This document shows, in pieces, positions 32,101 to 46,650 of a stretch of DNA of 64,000 nucleotides. The stretch is taken from assembly GCA_964016885.1 (NCBI GenBank), contig OZ024741.1, positions 370,698,001 through 370,762,000 of the forward strand, written 5' to 3'. The DNA is from Eledone cirrhosa. Lineage: Eukaryota. The notes beneath the pieces were generated by a model. That model saw only the letters and a list, made by a program, of their open reading frames with translations, had not been told where the DNA came from and made no database searches. Position 1 is the stretch's first letter. Every line of letters begins with the position of its first letter. A program made the position numbers and the translations under genes.

Positions 32101-35100
32101 TTACAGACCATACTGTAATAGTATACACCATACTGTAATAGTATACACCATACTGTAATAGTATACACCATACTGTAATAGTATAGACCATACTGTAATA
32201 GTACAGACCATACTGTAATAGTATACACCATACTGTAATAGTATAGACCATACTGTAATAGTACAGACCATACTGTAATAGTATACACTATACTGTAATA
32301 GTATAGACCATACTGTAATAGTATAGACTCTATTGTAATAGTATACACCATACTGTAATTGTATAGACCATACTGTAATAGTATACACCATACTGTAATG
32401 GTATACACCATACTGTAATAGAATACACTATACAGTAATATTATAGACCATACTGTAATAGTATAGACTCTATTGTAATAGTATACACCATACTGTAATA
32501 GTATAGACCATACTGTAATAGTATACACCATACTGTAATACTATACATCATACTGTAATAGTATAGACCATACTGTAATAGTATAGACCATACTGTAATA
32601 GTATACACTATACTGTAATAGTATAGACTATACTGTAATAGTATACACTATACTGTAATAGTATACACCATACTGTAATAATATACACCATACTGCAATA
32701 GTCTATGCGGTAATAGTATAGACCATACTGCAATAGTATACACCATACTGCAATAGTATACACCATACTGTAATAGTATAGACTCTATTGTAATAGTATA
32801 GACTATACTGTAATAGTATAGACTATACTGCAATAGTATACACCTTACTGTAATAGTATATACCATACTGTAATAGTATAGACTATACTGTAATAGTATA
32901 GACTATACTGTAATAGTATACACCATACTGTAATAGTGTATACCATACTGTAATAGTATAGACTATACTGTAATAGTATAGACTATACTGTAATAGTATA
33001 GACTATACTGTAATAGTATATACCATACTGTAATAGTATAGACTATACTGTAATAGTATAGACTATACTGTAATAGTATATACCATACTGTAATAGTATA
33101 TACCATACTGTAATAGTATATACCATACTGTAATAGTATAGACTATACTGTAATAGTATAGACTATACTGTAATAGTATAGACTATACTGTAATAGTATA
33201 GACCATACTGTAATAGTGTATACCATACTGTAATAGTATAGACTATACTGTAATAGTATAGACTATACTGTAATAGTATAGACTATACTGTAATAGTATA
33301 GACTATACTGTAATAGTATATACCATACCGTAATAGTATACACCATACTGTAATAGTATAGACTATACTGTAATAGTATAGATTATACTGTAATAGTATA
33401 GACTATACTGTAATAGTATAGACTATACTGTAATAGTATAGACTATACTGTAATAGTATAGACTATACTGTAATAGTATAGACTATACTGTAATAGTATA
33501 GACCATACTGTAATAGTATAGACTATACTGTAATAGTATAGACTATACTGTAATAGTATAAACTATACTGTAATAGTATAGACTATACTGTAATAGTATA
33601 CACCATACCGTAATAGTATAGACTATACTGTAATAGTATAGACTATACTGTAATAGTATAGATTATACTGTAATAGTATAGACTATACTGTAATAGTATA
33701 GACTATACTGTAATAGTATAGACTATACTGTAATAGTATATACCATACTGTAATAATATAGACTATACTGTAATAGTATAAACTATACTGTAATAGTATA
33801 GACTATACTGTAATAGTATACACCATACCGTAATAGTATAGACTGTACTGTAATAGTATAGACTATACTGTAATAGTATAGACTATACTGTAATAGTATA
33901 TACCATACTGTAATAGTATAGACTATACTGTAATAGTATAAACTATACTGTAATAGTATAGACTATACTGTAATAGTATACACCATACCGTAATAGTATA
34001 GACTGTACTGTAATAGTATAGACTATACTGTAATAGTATAGACTATACTGTAATAGTATAGACTGTACTGTAATAGTATAGACTATACTGTAATAGTATA
34101 GACTATACTGTAATAGTATAAACTATACTGTAATAGTATAGACTATACTGTAATAGTATATACCATACTGTAATAGTATAGACTATACTGTAATAGTATA
34201 AACTATACTGTAATAGTATAGACTATACTGTAATAGTATACACCATACCGTAATAGTATAGACTGTACTGTAATAGTATAGACTATACTGTAATAGTATA
34301 GACTATACTGTAATAGTATAGACTATACTGTAATAGTATAGACTATACTGTAATAGTATATACCATACTGTAATAGTATACACCATACCGTAATAGTATA
34401 GACTATACTGTCATAGTATAGACTATACTGTAATAGTATAGACTGTACTGTAATAGTATAAACTATACTGTAATAGTATAGACTATACTGTAATAGTATA
34501 GACTATACTGTAATAGTATAGACTATACTGTAATAGTATAGACCATACTGTAATAGTATACACCATACTGTAATAGTATAGACTATACTGTAATAGTATA
34601 CACCATACTGTAATAGTATACACCATGCTGTAATAGTATACACCATACTGTAATAGTATAGACTATACTGTAATAGTATAGACTATACTGTAATAGTATA
34701 CAACATACTGTAATAGTATAGACTATACTGTAATAGTATAGACTATACTGTAATAGTATATACCATACTGTAATAGTATAGACTATACTGTAATAGTATA
34801 GACTATACTGTAATAGTATATACCATACTGTAATAGTATACACCATACTGCAATAGTATAGACCATACTGTAATATTACAGACCATACTGTAATAGTATA
34901 CACCATACTGTAATAGTATACACCATACTGTAATAGTATACACCATACTGTAATAGTATAGACCATACTGTAATAGTACAGACCATACTGTAATAGTATA
35001 CACCATACTGTAATAGTATAGACCATACTGTAATAGTACAGACCATACTGTAATAGTATACACTATACTGTAATAGTATAGACCATACTGTAATAGTATA

Positions 35101-38057
35101 GACTCTATTGTAATAGTATACACCATACTGTAATTGTATAGACCATACTGTAATAGTATACACCATACTGTAATGGTATACACCATACTGTAATAGAATA
35201 CACTATACAGTAATATTATAGACCATACTGTAATAGTATAGACTCTATTGTAATAGTATACACCATACTGTAATAGTATAGACCATACTGTAATAGTATA
35301 CACCATACTGTAATACTATACATCATACTGTAATAGTATAGACCATACTGTAATAGTATAGACCATACTGTAATAGTATACACTATACTGTAATAGTATA
35401 GACTATACTGTAATAGTATACACTATACTGTAATAGTATACACCATACTGTAATAATATACACCATACTGCAATAGTCTATGCGGTAATAGTATAGACCA
35501 TACTGCAATAGTATACACCATACTGCAATAGTATACACCATACTGTAATAGTATAGACTCTATTGTAATAGTATAGACTATACTGTAATAGTATAGACTA
35601 TACTGCAATAGTATACACCTTACTGTAATAGTATATACCATACTGTAATAGTATAGACTATACTGTAATAGTATAGACTATACTGTAATAGTATACACCA
35701 TACTGTAATAGTGTATACCATACTGTAATAGTATAGACTATACTGTAATAGTATAGACTATACTGTAATAGTATAGACTATACTGTAATAGTATATACCA
35801 TACTGTAATAGTATAGACTATACTGTAATAGTATAGACTATACTGTAATAGTATATACCATACTGTAATAGTATATACCATACTGTAATAGTATATACCA
35901 TACTGTAATAGTATAGACTATACTGTAATAGTATAGACTATACTGTAATAGTATAGACTATACTGTAATAGTATAGACCATACTGTAATAGTGTATACCA
36001 TACTGTAATAGTATAGACTATACTGTAATAGTATAGACTATACTGTAATAGTATAGACTATACTGTAATAGTATAGACTATACTGTAATAGTATATACCA
36101 TACCGTAATAGTATACACCATACTGTAATAGTATAGACTATACTGTAATAGTATAGATTATACTGTAATAGTATAGACTATACTGTAATAGTATAGACTA
36201 TACTGTAATAGTATAGACTATACTGTAATAGTATAGACTATACTGTAATAGTATAGACTATACTGTAATAGTATAGACCATACTGTAATAGTATAGACTA
36301 TACTGTAATAGTATAGACTATACTGTAATAGTATAAACTATACTGTAATAGTATAGACTATACTGTAATAGTATACACCATACCGTAATAGTATAGACTA
36401 TACTGTAATAGTATAGACTATACTGTAATAGTATAGATTATACTGTAATAGTATAGACTACACTGTAATAGTATAGACTATACTGTAATAGTATAGACTA
36501 TACTGTAATAGTATATACCATACTGTAATAGTATAGACTATACTGTAATAGTATAAACTATACTGTAATAGTATAGACTATACTGTAATAGTATACACCA
36601 TACCGTAATAGTATAGACTGTACTGTAATAGTATAGACTATACTGTAATAGTATAGACTATACTGTAATAGTATATACCATACTGTAATAGTATAGACTA
36701 TACTGTAATAGTATAAACTATACTGTAATAGTATAGACTATACTGTAATAGTATACACCATACCGTAATAGTATAGACTGTACTGTAATAGTATAGACTA
36801 TACTGTAATAGTATAGACTATACTGTAATAGTATAGACTGTACTGTAATAGTATAGACTATACTGTAATAGTATAGACTATACTGTAATAGTATAAACTA
36901 TACTGTAATAGTATAGACTATACTGTAATAGTATATACCATACTGTAATAGTATAGACTATACTGTAATAGTATAAACTATACTGTAATAGTATAGACTA
37001 TACTGTAATAGTATACACCATACCGTAATAGTATAGACTGTACTGTAATAGTATAGACTATACTGTAATAGTATAGACTATACTGTAATAGTATAGACTA
37101 TACTGTAATAGTATAGACTATACTGTAATAGTATATACCATACTGTAATAGTATACACCATACCGTAATAGTATAGACTATACTGTCATAGTATAGACTA
37201 TACTGTAATAGTATAGACTGTACTGTAATAGTATAAACTATACTGTAATAGTATAGACTATACTGTAATAGTATAGACTATACTGTAATAGTATAGACTA
37301 TACTGTAATAGTATAGACCATACTGTAATAGTATACACCATACTGTAATAGTATAGACTATACTGTAATAGTATACACCATACTGTAATAGTATACACCA
37401 TGCTGTAATAGTATACACCATACTGTAATAGTATAGACTATACTGTAATAGTATAGACTATACTGTAATAGTATACAACATACTGTAATAGTATAGACTA
37501 TACTGTAATAGTATAGACTATACTGTAATAGTATATACCATACTGTAATAGTATAGACTATACTGTAATAGTATAGACTATACTGTAATAGTATAGACTA
37601 TACTGTAATAGTATAGACTATACTGTAATAGTATAGACTATACTGTAATAGTATAGACTATACTGTAATAGTATAGACTATACTGTAATAGTATAGACTA
37701 TACTGTAATAGTATAGACTATACTGTAATAGTATACAACATACTGTAATAGTATAGACTATACTGTAATAGTATAGACTATACTGTAATAGTATAGACTA
37801 TACTGTAATAGTATAGACTATACTGTAATAGTATAGACTATACTGTAATAGTATAGACTATACTGTAATAGTATAGACTATACTGTAATAGTATAGACTA
37901 TACTGTAATAGTATAGACTATACTGTAATAGTATAGACTATACTGTAATAGTATAGACTGTACTGTAATAGTATAGACTATACTGTAATAGTATAGACTG
38001 TACTGTAATAGTATATACCATACTGTAATAGTATAGACTATACTGTAATAGTATAGA
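29131..38057. repeat. 20-bp satellite array (c/g-a-c-c/t-atactgtaatagtata), ~445 units
   Basis: Strict 20-bp period with an internal dyad TATACT-gtaat-AGTATA and a 2775-bp higher-order duplication. Confidence 0.98.
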
Positions 38058-38527
38058 CATTACAAGATACACCGTCAATGATGTCGTCTGACTAAACTGG
38101 ACGTAGTTGTAGTCGTAATCACCAAACGCCGCCGCCATCTACATACACTACAACCATCTCTGTTACCTCACAAATACACAAATAATAATGCCAACAACAA
38201 CAATCATCTGACATAGACAAATGTTGGCTAATGCTTGCATTGTCATGAAAAGACTGTCAATCAAGGAATAATTTCCTACTTTCATTAGTGTGGAATTAAT
38301 TAACAATTAAATTAATTAATCATTGACGGCCAGAAGTAAAGCAAGGCTTGACTAATTGATGATCATTACACTTTCTTTTGTTGATTCTGTTCATTGAATT
38401 TTTCATAAATGTTGCGTGTTTAAATCTAGTATTCTGATCACTAAACGCTGCTTCAATGGAGATATATTTTAAATTATTTTATATATTATATATAAATATA
38501 TGTGTGTGAGAGAGAGAGAGAGAGAGG

Positions 38528-38563
<36 letters not shown>

Positions 38564-39009
38564 GAGAGAGAGAGCGAGAGGGAGAGAGAGAGAGAGAGTG
38601 TGTGCGTGCGTGTGTATATGTGTGTGTGCAAGTGTGTGTGTATACATATTATGTATTAAATTTAAATCACACACACACACACACACTGACGCTCATAAAC
38701 ATGCATTCACACAGGTTCTGTTAAAATACACGCAAACAATGTATATATATTTATGCATACATACACATACATATATCCATATATATATATAAATATATAC
38801 ACTTATATATACATTATATATTTATATATATTCATGCGTATATACACATATAAATATACATCTATATACACATATATATATATTTACATATATCAATGTA
38901 TAACTTTCGTTATAAATCTTACATTTACTCGAATTTGAGTGAATGTAAGATTTATAACACATACATAAACACACACAAACACACACAAACACACACACAC
39001 ACACACACA

Positions 39010-39059
<50 letters not shown>

Positions 39060-39444
39060 ACACACAAATACACATATATACATATATTTACATATACCAA
39101 TGTATATATATATATACACACATATATATACATATATAAATGTATACATGCATACACCCATATACTTATATGTACATAAATATGCATGTATATTATATAT
39201 ATATATATATTTATATACACACACACCACACACACACGCACACACAAACACACACACACACACACACATGCATACAAATGTTTGACATGTTATAAATACT
39301 TTTTCTTTTAGCTTATTTATTTCCGTTGTAAATCTTACATTTACTCAAATTTGAGTAAATGTAAGATTTAAAAAACATACATAAACACCCCCACACACAC
39401 AGAGAGACACACATACATATATATATATACACACATATACACAT

Positions 39445-39527
<83 letters not shown>

Positions 39528-39796
39528 TATGCAGGTACGATTCTACTTTTCCATATTTTAATTTATTTAATAACGAACGTTACGTACATTTCAAAGGCAT
39601 CATGGTATAATTACGTAAGGGCAACGTATGTCTTGTATGTTATCATAAGGCGGTATTTCACAAAATTGATGACATGTAGACCAGAGAACAGAGATTATTC
39701 GTTGACCAAAATTCGCTTAACAAATACACACACACCATCACCCATTAATATATGTGTGTGTGCATATATGTATTATCTATATATATATGTATGTGT

Positions 39797-39840
<44 letters not shown>

Positions 39841-39978
39841 GTATAAGTATATGTATTATCTATTTATATATGTATATATGTATACATTTATATATAGTAT
39901 AAGTGTATGTATTATATAAGTATATGTATTATCTATATAGTCTAAAATACGGTGAAAGCTTATAATTTCTAATTTCTA

Positions 39979-40035
<57 letters not shown>

Positions 40036-40152
40036 GAGAGAGAGGAAACTGTTTGACCTCGACGGCAGAGCTCAAGCCGTTTCGACGGCTATTTATGGAT
40101 GTATTGAGTACTCTGGTGCGTTTGGGTCCATCTGATTCCTTACCACACCTTC

Positions 40153-40195
<43 letters not shown>

Positions 40196-40570
40196 TATAT
40201 ATATATTACACTCTGCTTATGAGAGAAACCGACCATAGTATAACACCAAATGTATAACACCATGTACTACAATTAAACGGACCCACCTACACACTGAGTG
40301 TTCAAGTTGGTGAATCAACAATAACGTAAGATTACAATCCATTCAACTGTGTGTGTGGGTGTGCGGGGGTGTATGGGGGGTGCGTGTGTATGTGTGTGTA
40401 TGTATATGTATATTAATACGCTTAGTTTTGGCTGTCTTAAGAATGAACACTAAATACTTAATATATTCTTTATTAAAACCAAGTCAGAGTCCTGTTGCTC
40501 ATGGGTTCTGTCTGTGTATTCACAGTCACCATCTTGTCTGATGGGCTGTGAATATACAGAACTCTGTAAA

Positions 40571-40660
<90 letters not shown>

Positions 40661-40903
40661 CTGTCTGTCTGTCTGTCTGTGTCTGTGTCTGTGTGTGTGT
40701 GCATATGTGTGCATACGTGTGCATACGTGTGGGTGTTTCTGTCCCGTAATTTAGTGATTGGAAAAAAGAAAAAAGAACCATAAAATAAATACCAGCCATG
40801 AAAAAATAAGTACTGGGGTCGATATGATCAACTAAAATCTCTCCAGCATGAGTACAATCTAATAATTGAAACCAGTAAAAGAACAAAAGAACATATGTAT
40901 ATA

Positions 40904-40948
<45 letters not shown>

Positions 40949-40949
40949 T

Positions 40950-41200
40950 ACTCTAGACACGTCACAACACGAGACAACTGTCGAAGATGTCAAAGATATT
41001 GAAGATGTGTTAACTCAAAGTAAAAACGCCGTGTTTCAACAGACAGTCGAAGAAATGTAACAACAAAAGATTCACAAACAATCTTTGACAGCTGCTGACC
41101 GCCAGGTGGCAGCACTCAACATCAATGGCCGACGTGCTTTCAAGCCAGGAAAAACAGAGGTTCAATTATGGATTAAACGTTTTGAAAATAACTGTTCAAC
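40950..41200 (+). pseudogene. Possible gag-like fragment of an LTR retroelement
   Basis: Frame with one stop: ...VFQQTVEEM*QQKIHKQSLTAADRQVAALNINGRRAFKPGKTEVQLWIKRFENNC. The F.PG...V..WI.RFE pattern recalls gag N-termini; this is weak. Confidence 0.25.
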
Positions 41201-42097
41201 TGATATGTATGTGTGTGTTTGTGTATGTGTTTGTGTATGTATGTGTGTATGTGTGTATGTATGTATATATGTAGGCAGGTAGGTAAGTAGGTAGGTATGT
41301 TTGTATATATATATAAGTATATATATATGTATATAAGTATGTATATAAGTATGTATATAAGTGCGTATTTATGCATATAAGTATGTATGTATGTATGTGC
41401 GCATTTATGCATATATGTATGTATGTGTGTGCGTATTTATGCATATAAGTACTTTTGTATGTAAGTGCGTATTAATGTATATAAGTATGTACTTACGTAT
41501 GTTTATAAGTATGTATGTATATATGCGTGTGCTTGTGCATATGTTTGAATGTATGCGTGTATGTGCAGATCTATATATGTATATACGTATATATGTATGT
41601 GTGTAGTTTGTCTATCTATATATGTGTGTGTGTAGTTTGTCTTTCGGCAACCAATGCGTGTTTGCTTTTCTAATTATGGCTTTGAGTAAAAACTGTTTAG
41701 CTGTGGTTTGCATGTTTATAATCTATAAAAGTGAATCTTTGTTTCGGGGAAACAGGTCACACGGAATAGGGTTATCAAAAGCTGTTAGAGAAGGATCCTC
41801 CAATGGCTTTCCCATTCATATAATGAAGCCTATAAGCCCATCTTTACTATGAACTCAACAACTTAACATACAAACAGAAACATTATTCTTACCACCTTTA
41901 TTGCATTTTTTACAGTTTTCATAATATACATACATATATATAAATAAATCAAAATAGATGTAGTAAAAACCTGTTTCGACCATTACTCACCAGAGTACTC
42001 GAAAGTTGGGGTAGTAGAGTATGGTAATATGAAAAAGTCGGGAATTAGGTGTTGAAACGGCAAGAACTCAACCGTCAGGATCCCGACTCTTGCATTT

Positions 42098-42140
<43 letters not shown>

Positions 42141-42188
42141 AAGAAAGTATGGTAAGAAACCAGGTGGACCATAACGCACCAGAGTACT

Positions 42189-42269
<81 letters not shown>

Positions 42270-42484
42270 ACCGCGATAATATTGCTTTATGCTGAACTCC
42301 ATAATTTTTGTTGAGATTTTTCGGAATGTTTTGACTGCTGTAAACAGTCATTCGTCTCATTCTGACGTCACTAGCCCTGTCCTCCATGTGTGTTTATTAT
42401 CTTAATTCCACACGAGGTGTAACTAGCCTGCTTTTAAATTCCCTTTTGGCATATTTTAGCTGTGGGTCTTAGTTATCGTGTTGA

Positions 42485-42565
42485 GCTCTTATGATGAACG
42501 ACTCCAACCGTGACTAACCCCACTGAAATGTTTCGTGAAATAGTCTTTTTAAGACTATATAGAGC
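42485..42565 (+). ncRNA. Hammerhead motif with a long stem III (C3>A, probably decayed)
   Basis: GCTCTt-ATGATGA-ACGA...TCGT-GAAA-TAGTCTT ttt AAGACTA-TA|tAGAGC. Confidence 0.6.
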
Positions 42566-42824
42566 ATTTGTAGATTTTTCCAAATTGAAGGATAAGTATT
42601 TACCCTTAATTTTATTCTGAGTTAAGACTCTATTGGTTTTTTCCCTGGATTACACAAAATTTGTGGATAAAATTTCTGTCTTGACTTTTCTTTTAATTGA
42701 GATTGAATTATTTTCCCATATCTTACGTTAAATATTTTCCATCTTGACGTAATAGTCACTTATATGTCTGAATTACTGTTGGCTTCTTGCTCACATTAAT
42801 TTCTCTATTTTCATATATATACAT

Positions 42825-42978
42825 GGACACACTAGAAGAGGAAGACCAAGGTTAACGTATGTTGATGCCCTAAGGTCAGACACTGGTCTGTTGGAGACGC
42901 AGGACATGGCAGCGATAATGAGGGACAGAGACCGCTGGAGAGAACTCATCCATGGATCTCGGGAATTTTACCCGCCTT

Positions 42979-42980
<2 letters not shown>
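42825..42980 (+). mobile_element. 5'-truncated RTE-clade LINE 3' end
   Basis: Open frame GHTRRGRPRLTYVDALRSDTGLLETQDMAAIMRDRDRWRELIHGSREFYPP*, a typical RTE RT C-terminus, followed directly by (TA)n. Confidence 0.8.
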
Positions 42981-43033
<53 letters not shown>

Positions 43034-43040
<7 letters not shown>

Positions 43041-43391
43041 AAAAAGAGATGAAATCGAAAATGCAACTGGAGTCTTATTTTTTTTTTTAATATATATATT
43101 TATTTGGTTCCTTTACCGGTTTCGCAGTTCTTTTGCTTTTCAAAAGGTGAGTTGAGATGGAGGGTCTGTGGTTTTTCTCACATCTGATGTGAGAAAAACC
43201 ACAGACCCTCCATCTCAACTCACCTTTTGAAAAGCAGAAGAACTGCGAAACCGGTAAAGGAACCAAATAAATATATATATTAAAAAAAAAAATAAGACTC
43301 CAGTTGCCTTTTCGATTTCATCTCTTTCTCTTTATACTTTCACTCGTGTAGGACACCTCGGTTATTTTTCATTTTGTAAAAAAAACCTCAC

Positions 43392-43398
<7 letters not shown>
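43034..43398 (+). mobile_element. Fold-back element: ~150-bp arms around a 1-nt centre (43185) plus a right-side tail; single-arm copy at 55717-55930
   Basis: Palindrome 43034-43336 with few mismatches, flanked by (TA)n. Confidence 0.85.
43223..43260 (+). ncRNA. Minimal hammerhead with a compensated U3-A8 core (mirror 43110-43147 minus; copy 55753-55790)
   Basis: CCTT-TTGAAAA-GCAG aagaa CTGC-GAAA-CCGG-TA|AAGG. Confidence 0.75.
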
Positions 43399-43486
<88 letters not shown>

Positions 43487-43488
<2 letters not shown>

Positions 43489-43819
43489 GGCGCATGGCTT
43501 TGTGGTTAAAAAATTGGGCTTGCAATCGAGAGGTGGTGATTTTTTATTCTCGGAGCCCCTGATGTGTTGTGTCCTTGAACAAAACACTTTATTTCATGTT
43601 GTCCTAGTTTTCTCGGCTGTAGAAATGAGTTATGACGTCACTGGTCCCAAGCTGCATCGGTCATTGCCTTTCCCTTGGACAACATGAAGGCGTGGAGAGG
43701 GGAGACTGGTATGCATGGGTAACTGCTGGTCTTTCACAAACAAACCATGCGCAGACTTTTGCCTCGGAGGGAAACTTTCTAGGTGCAAAACCATGGTCAT
43801 TAGTGACCGATGGACATCT

Positions 43820-43822
<3 letters not shown>
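43487..43822 (+). mobile_element. Degraded tRNA-derived SINE (family B)
   Basis: A-box-like tggctttgtggtta, then gtgtccttgaacaaaacact, which resembles a conserved SINE central domain. Bounded by (TA)n. Confidence 0.5.
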
Positions 43823-43875
<53 letters not shown>

Positions 43876-44017
43876 ATATATATTGTTATACTTTGGGAGG
43901 GCCATGTTGCCAATAAGAAACACACGCACCAGTTGTTTTCACTTCAATTTATTATAATAAATTTATAAATTTCTGGCTGGTTGGTTGGTTCCACAACCAG
44001 ATAGTTGTTTATATATT

Positions 44018-44060
44018 CTCATAGTTCTTTCGTCACACACTCTGTGACCTCTTCAGTGAC
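44018..44060 (-). ncRNA. Minimal hammerhead in PLE pLTR (CUA site)
   Basis: GTCA-CTGAAGA-..-GAAA-GaaC-TA|TGAg. Confidence 0.7.
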
Positions 44061-44257
44061 TGGGGATTCCTTTCTTTGTTTTTGTGCCTCTCCTTTGTTC
44101 TGTCCTACGCCATTTTGTTTCTGTGTGTGTGTTGTGTGCTCAGTCTGCGCATGCGCCACTTCCGGGTGTCTGTGTGTGTTTATGTTCATTTATTTATTTG
44201 TTTATTTACATGTTACTGGTTGGTTGTTTGTTCTATGTGTGTGTATTCATTTTGTCC

Positions 44258-46650
44258 TTAATTGTAAGTTGTGATGTTGCTGTTCCACTCATATTTTCTA
44301 TTTAATTTTGGTTGTAATTCTTTTATGTTTATTGCCTCTGTGATTTGTCTAAACATTGCGTCTTTTCTGTGTGTAGATTCTATTTTTATTTCTATGTTCT
44401 CTAATTTACCCTTGTGTTCTATTTTAGTATGTTGGTAGAGTACAAATGATTCTTTACTATCTTGAAGGTCTCGCCAGTGTTCATTTATCCGTTCCCCTAC
44501 ACTACGAGCTGTCTCACCTATGTACACTATATTTTTGTCTCTACATTGTCCTTCAGTACATCTTATGCTATACACTACATTTCTAGTTTTACAGTTAATA
44601 TGGGGGCTTATTTTACAGGTTATACATTTCTTATCTATACATGAGGGTCTTTGAAAAGGGTATGTCTTGCTAATAAGTGTTTTTACGGAGGTACCTGGTC
44701 TTTCTACTATCTTAATATTGAGTTTATGTTTATCTAGGGCCCTTCTAAATTTGTAAGCTAATTCACCTCTAGGGGTTGTATCGATGAACATTACACTCTG
44801 GTATTTATTGCTATCATACCATGAGTTTATTCTATTAGCCTTGTTCCTAGTTCTTTCTATTCTATTCCAAAATTTGCTCCTATATAAGGGGCAGGTCCCA
44901 TTTATGTCATTATTTACCATTTTTTCCCATTTGGTTCTGGCTCCTCTATACACTCTGATTTTATCTCTCTGATTGTAGCCAGAGAACTGCATACGGTGGA
45001 TGAAGTGTTGTATGTGTCTCTCTCTAGTTCTTCGGGGTTGCACATGAGTGACACGTTTCTCATCACCCGTACCAAATCCGCAATCAGTATGTTGATTTTG
45101 GTATGGTCCGAAACGGCCGAGTTTCGGTGGATCAGATGTTTGGAAGTCATGGGTTTGGCATAATGGGAATGGAGAATTTGTTTTTTGTTATTAACGGTAT
45201 CTAACCAGAGCTCTGTGTCTAGTACAGGTAATTGATGGTTGGGGTGTTTACTTGGGTAGTCTATAGTAACTCTAATGCTCTGGTGGATGGAGTTAGCTAT
45301 TTGCTGGATGCTTTCCATTGTCTTTTTCTCTAGTTCCTGACTGTTCTCTAGTGGGGTGTCTTAACTACGATGTTTATATCATCAACGTAGCGGGAGTACA
45401 TTATCAGGGTTAAGGGGTCTTCTAATTGTTCTTTAAGTTTAAGTTTAAGTCTACTGTCCCACCATACCATGAATAAGTTAGCTATGTCGCCTGCAATGCT
45501 AACACCAATGGCTGCTCCTTCCTCTTGGGCATATGTTTTTCCATTAAATTTGAACATATGTTCCTTAAGGGTTAGTTTTATGCTGGCCTCTACCGCATGT
45601 GCAATCATTTTCTTCAGTTCATCGTGGTTTTCGGGTGTCCGTATGGCTCTGGTCCACCCGTTCCATCTATCTGTGTGGGTTTTCTTGGCCATTGAGGTAA
45701 TGGTAGGTGGTCTGCCTCTTGCTGGTCTTGTAGGGCACAGGTCGCTAAGGTCATATGTGTCTAGGTAATTATTACTATAGGTAAGTTTAAGTAGGAGTCC
45801 CAGCTCACTGGTATCAATCCCACGGAACTCAACATTGGTCTCACTGATCATTTCTACGCATTTCTCCGCAGCAAAATCCATGTCAATAGATGGATACAGG
45901 GACACAACATCCATACTACCTATTATGCAGTTTGTTAGGTCCCTAGATCGGTTACTCTCGCCCATTCTGCTGAGGAGGTCCTCCGTGCTGTCACATACAT
46001 CTGGGGACATTTCAATGATGGGGCGTATGATCAGGGAGAGGAAGTAGGACAGTCTGTAGTTACTAGCAATGTTAGTTCCACAGACTGGCCGTGTTGGTGG
46101 TCCTGCGACAGGGTCACTGCCCGTTTTATGGTCTTTTCGAAGCCCATACAACGCCGGCACGTCATTGTTCCAGGCCTGGAAGTTGTTGGCAGTCCTTTTG
46201 TTGGGCTGCATTATATTCGTCCACATCACCATATGGGAATTGAGGGTTGTTTCTCTATCCTCATGCTCCTGTGGTGTTACCTCTCTTGTGTTGGTGATGT
46301 GGGGTTGCATTGCCTTGATGTAGTTTGGCAGGCTGTCAACCGACATTCTGCCAGACTTGTCTGTTGGAAAGCATGCTATCTCTCCATTACGCGAGCGCTG
46401 CATGAGCTTACGCAAGCCATTTGCAGATTTTTCACCAAGTTGCTGGGCCTCCATTCTATTATGCTTCTTACTATACTGTTCTATAATATTTCTAAGTTCG
46501 GATCTTGCTATACTAAATTGTGCTTCTGTTTGTTCATCGACCTGCGACGGCAATTGCGTGCGTTTGTTAAATGGTAAAGTCGTGGCGTGGACTCGTCGCA
46601 GGTCGAACGATTTATCGGAGGGATTATAAAAAGTAGAGTTCCAGGCTGCT
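44258..46650 (-). pseudogene. PLE reverse transcriptase + C-terminal GIY-YIG endonuclease, 5'-truncated, with two frameshifts (~45340, ~45020)
   Basis: ORFs 45348-46553 (TDKSG, LYGLRKDHK, PTRPV, SMDVVSLYPSI, QEEGAAIG, RYVDD), 44914-45318 (LPVLD thumb, HRNSA) and 44258-45043 (CxxxxCxxC, VVYSIRC, YIGETARSVGERINEH, RQITEAINI). Confidence 0.93.

Noticed and set aside
29101-38138. MVYTITVWCILLQYG repeat ORFs, or a CRISPR-like array
   Set aside because: This is a pure 20-bp tandem satellite with no unique spacers and no cas genes. The period is not a multiple of 3.
41965-42000. Hammerhead-like CTGGTGA...GAAAC on the minus strand
   Set aside because: Stems I and II do not pair. It looks like a chance junction of two repeats.
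45469-46629. Plus-strand ORFs overlapping the PLE
   Set aside because: They are antisense shadows of the RT frame with no recognisable motifs.
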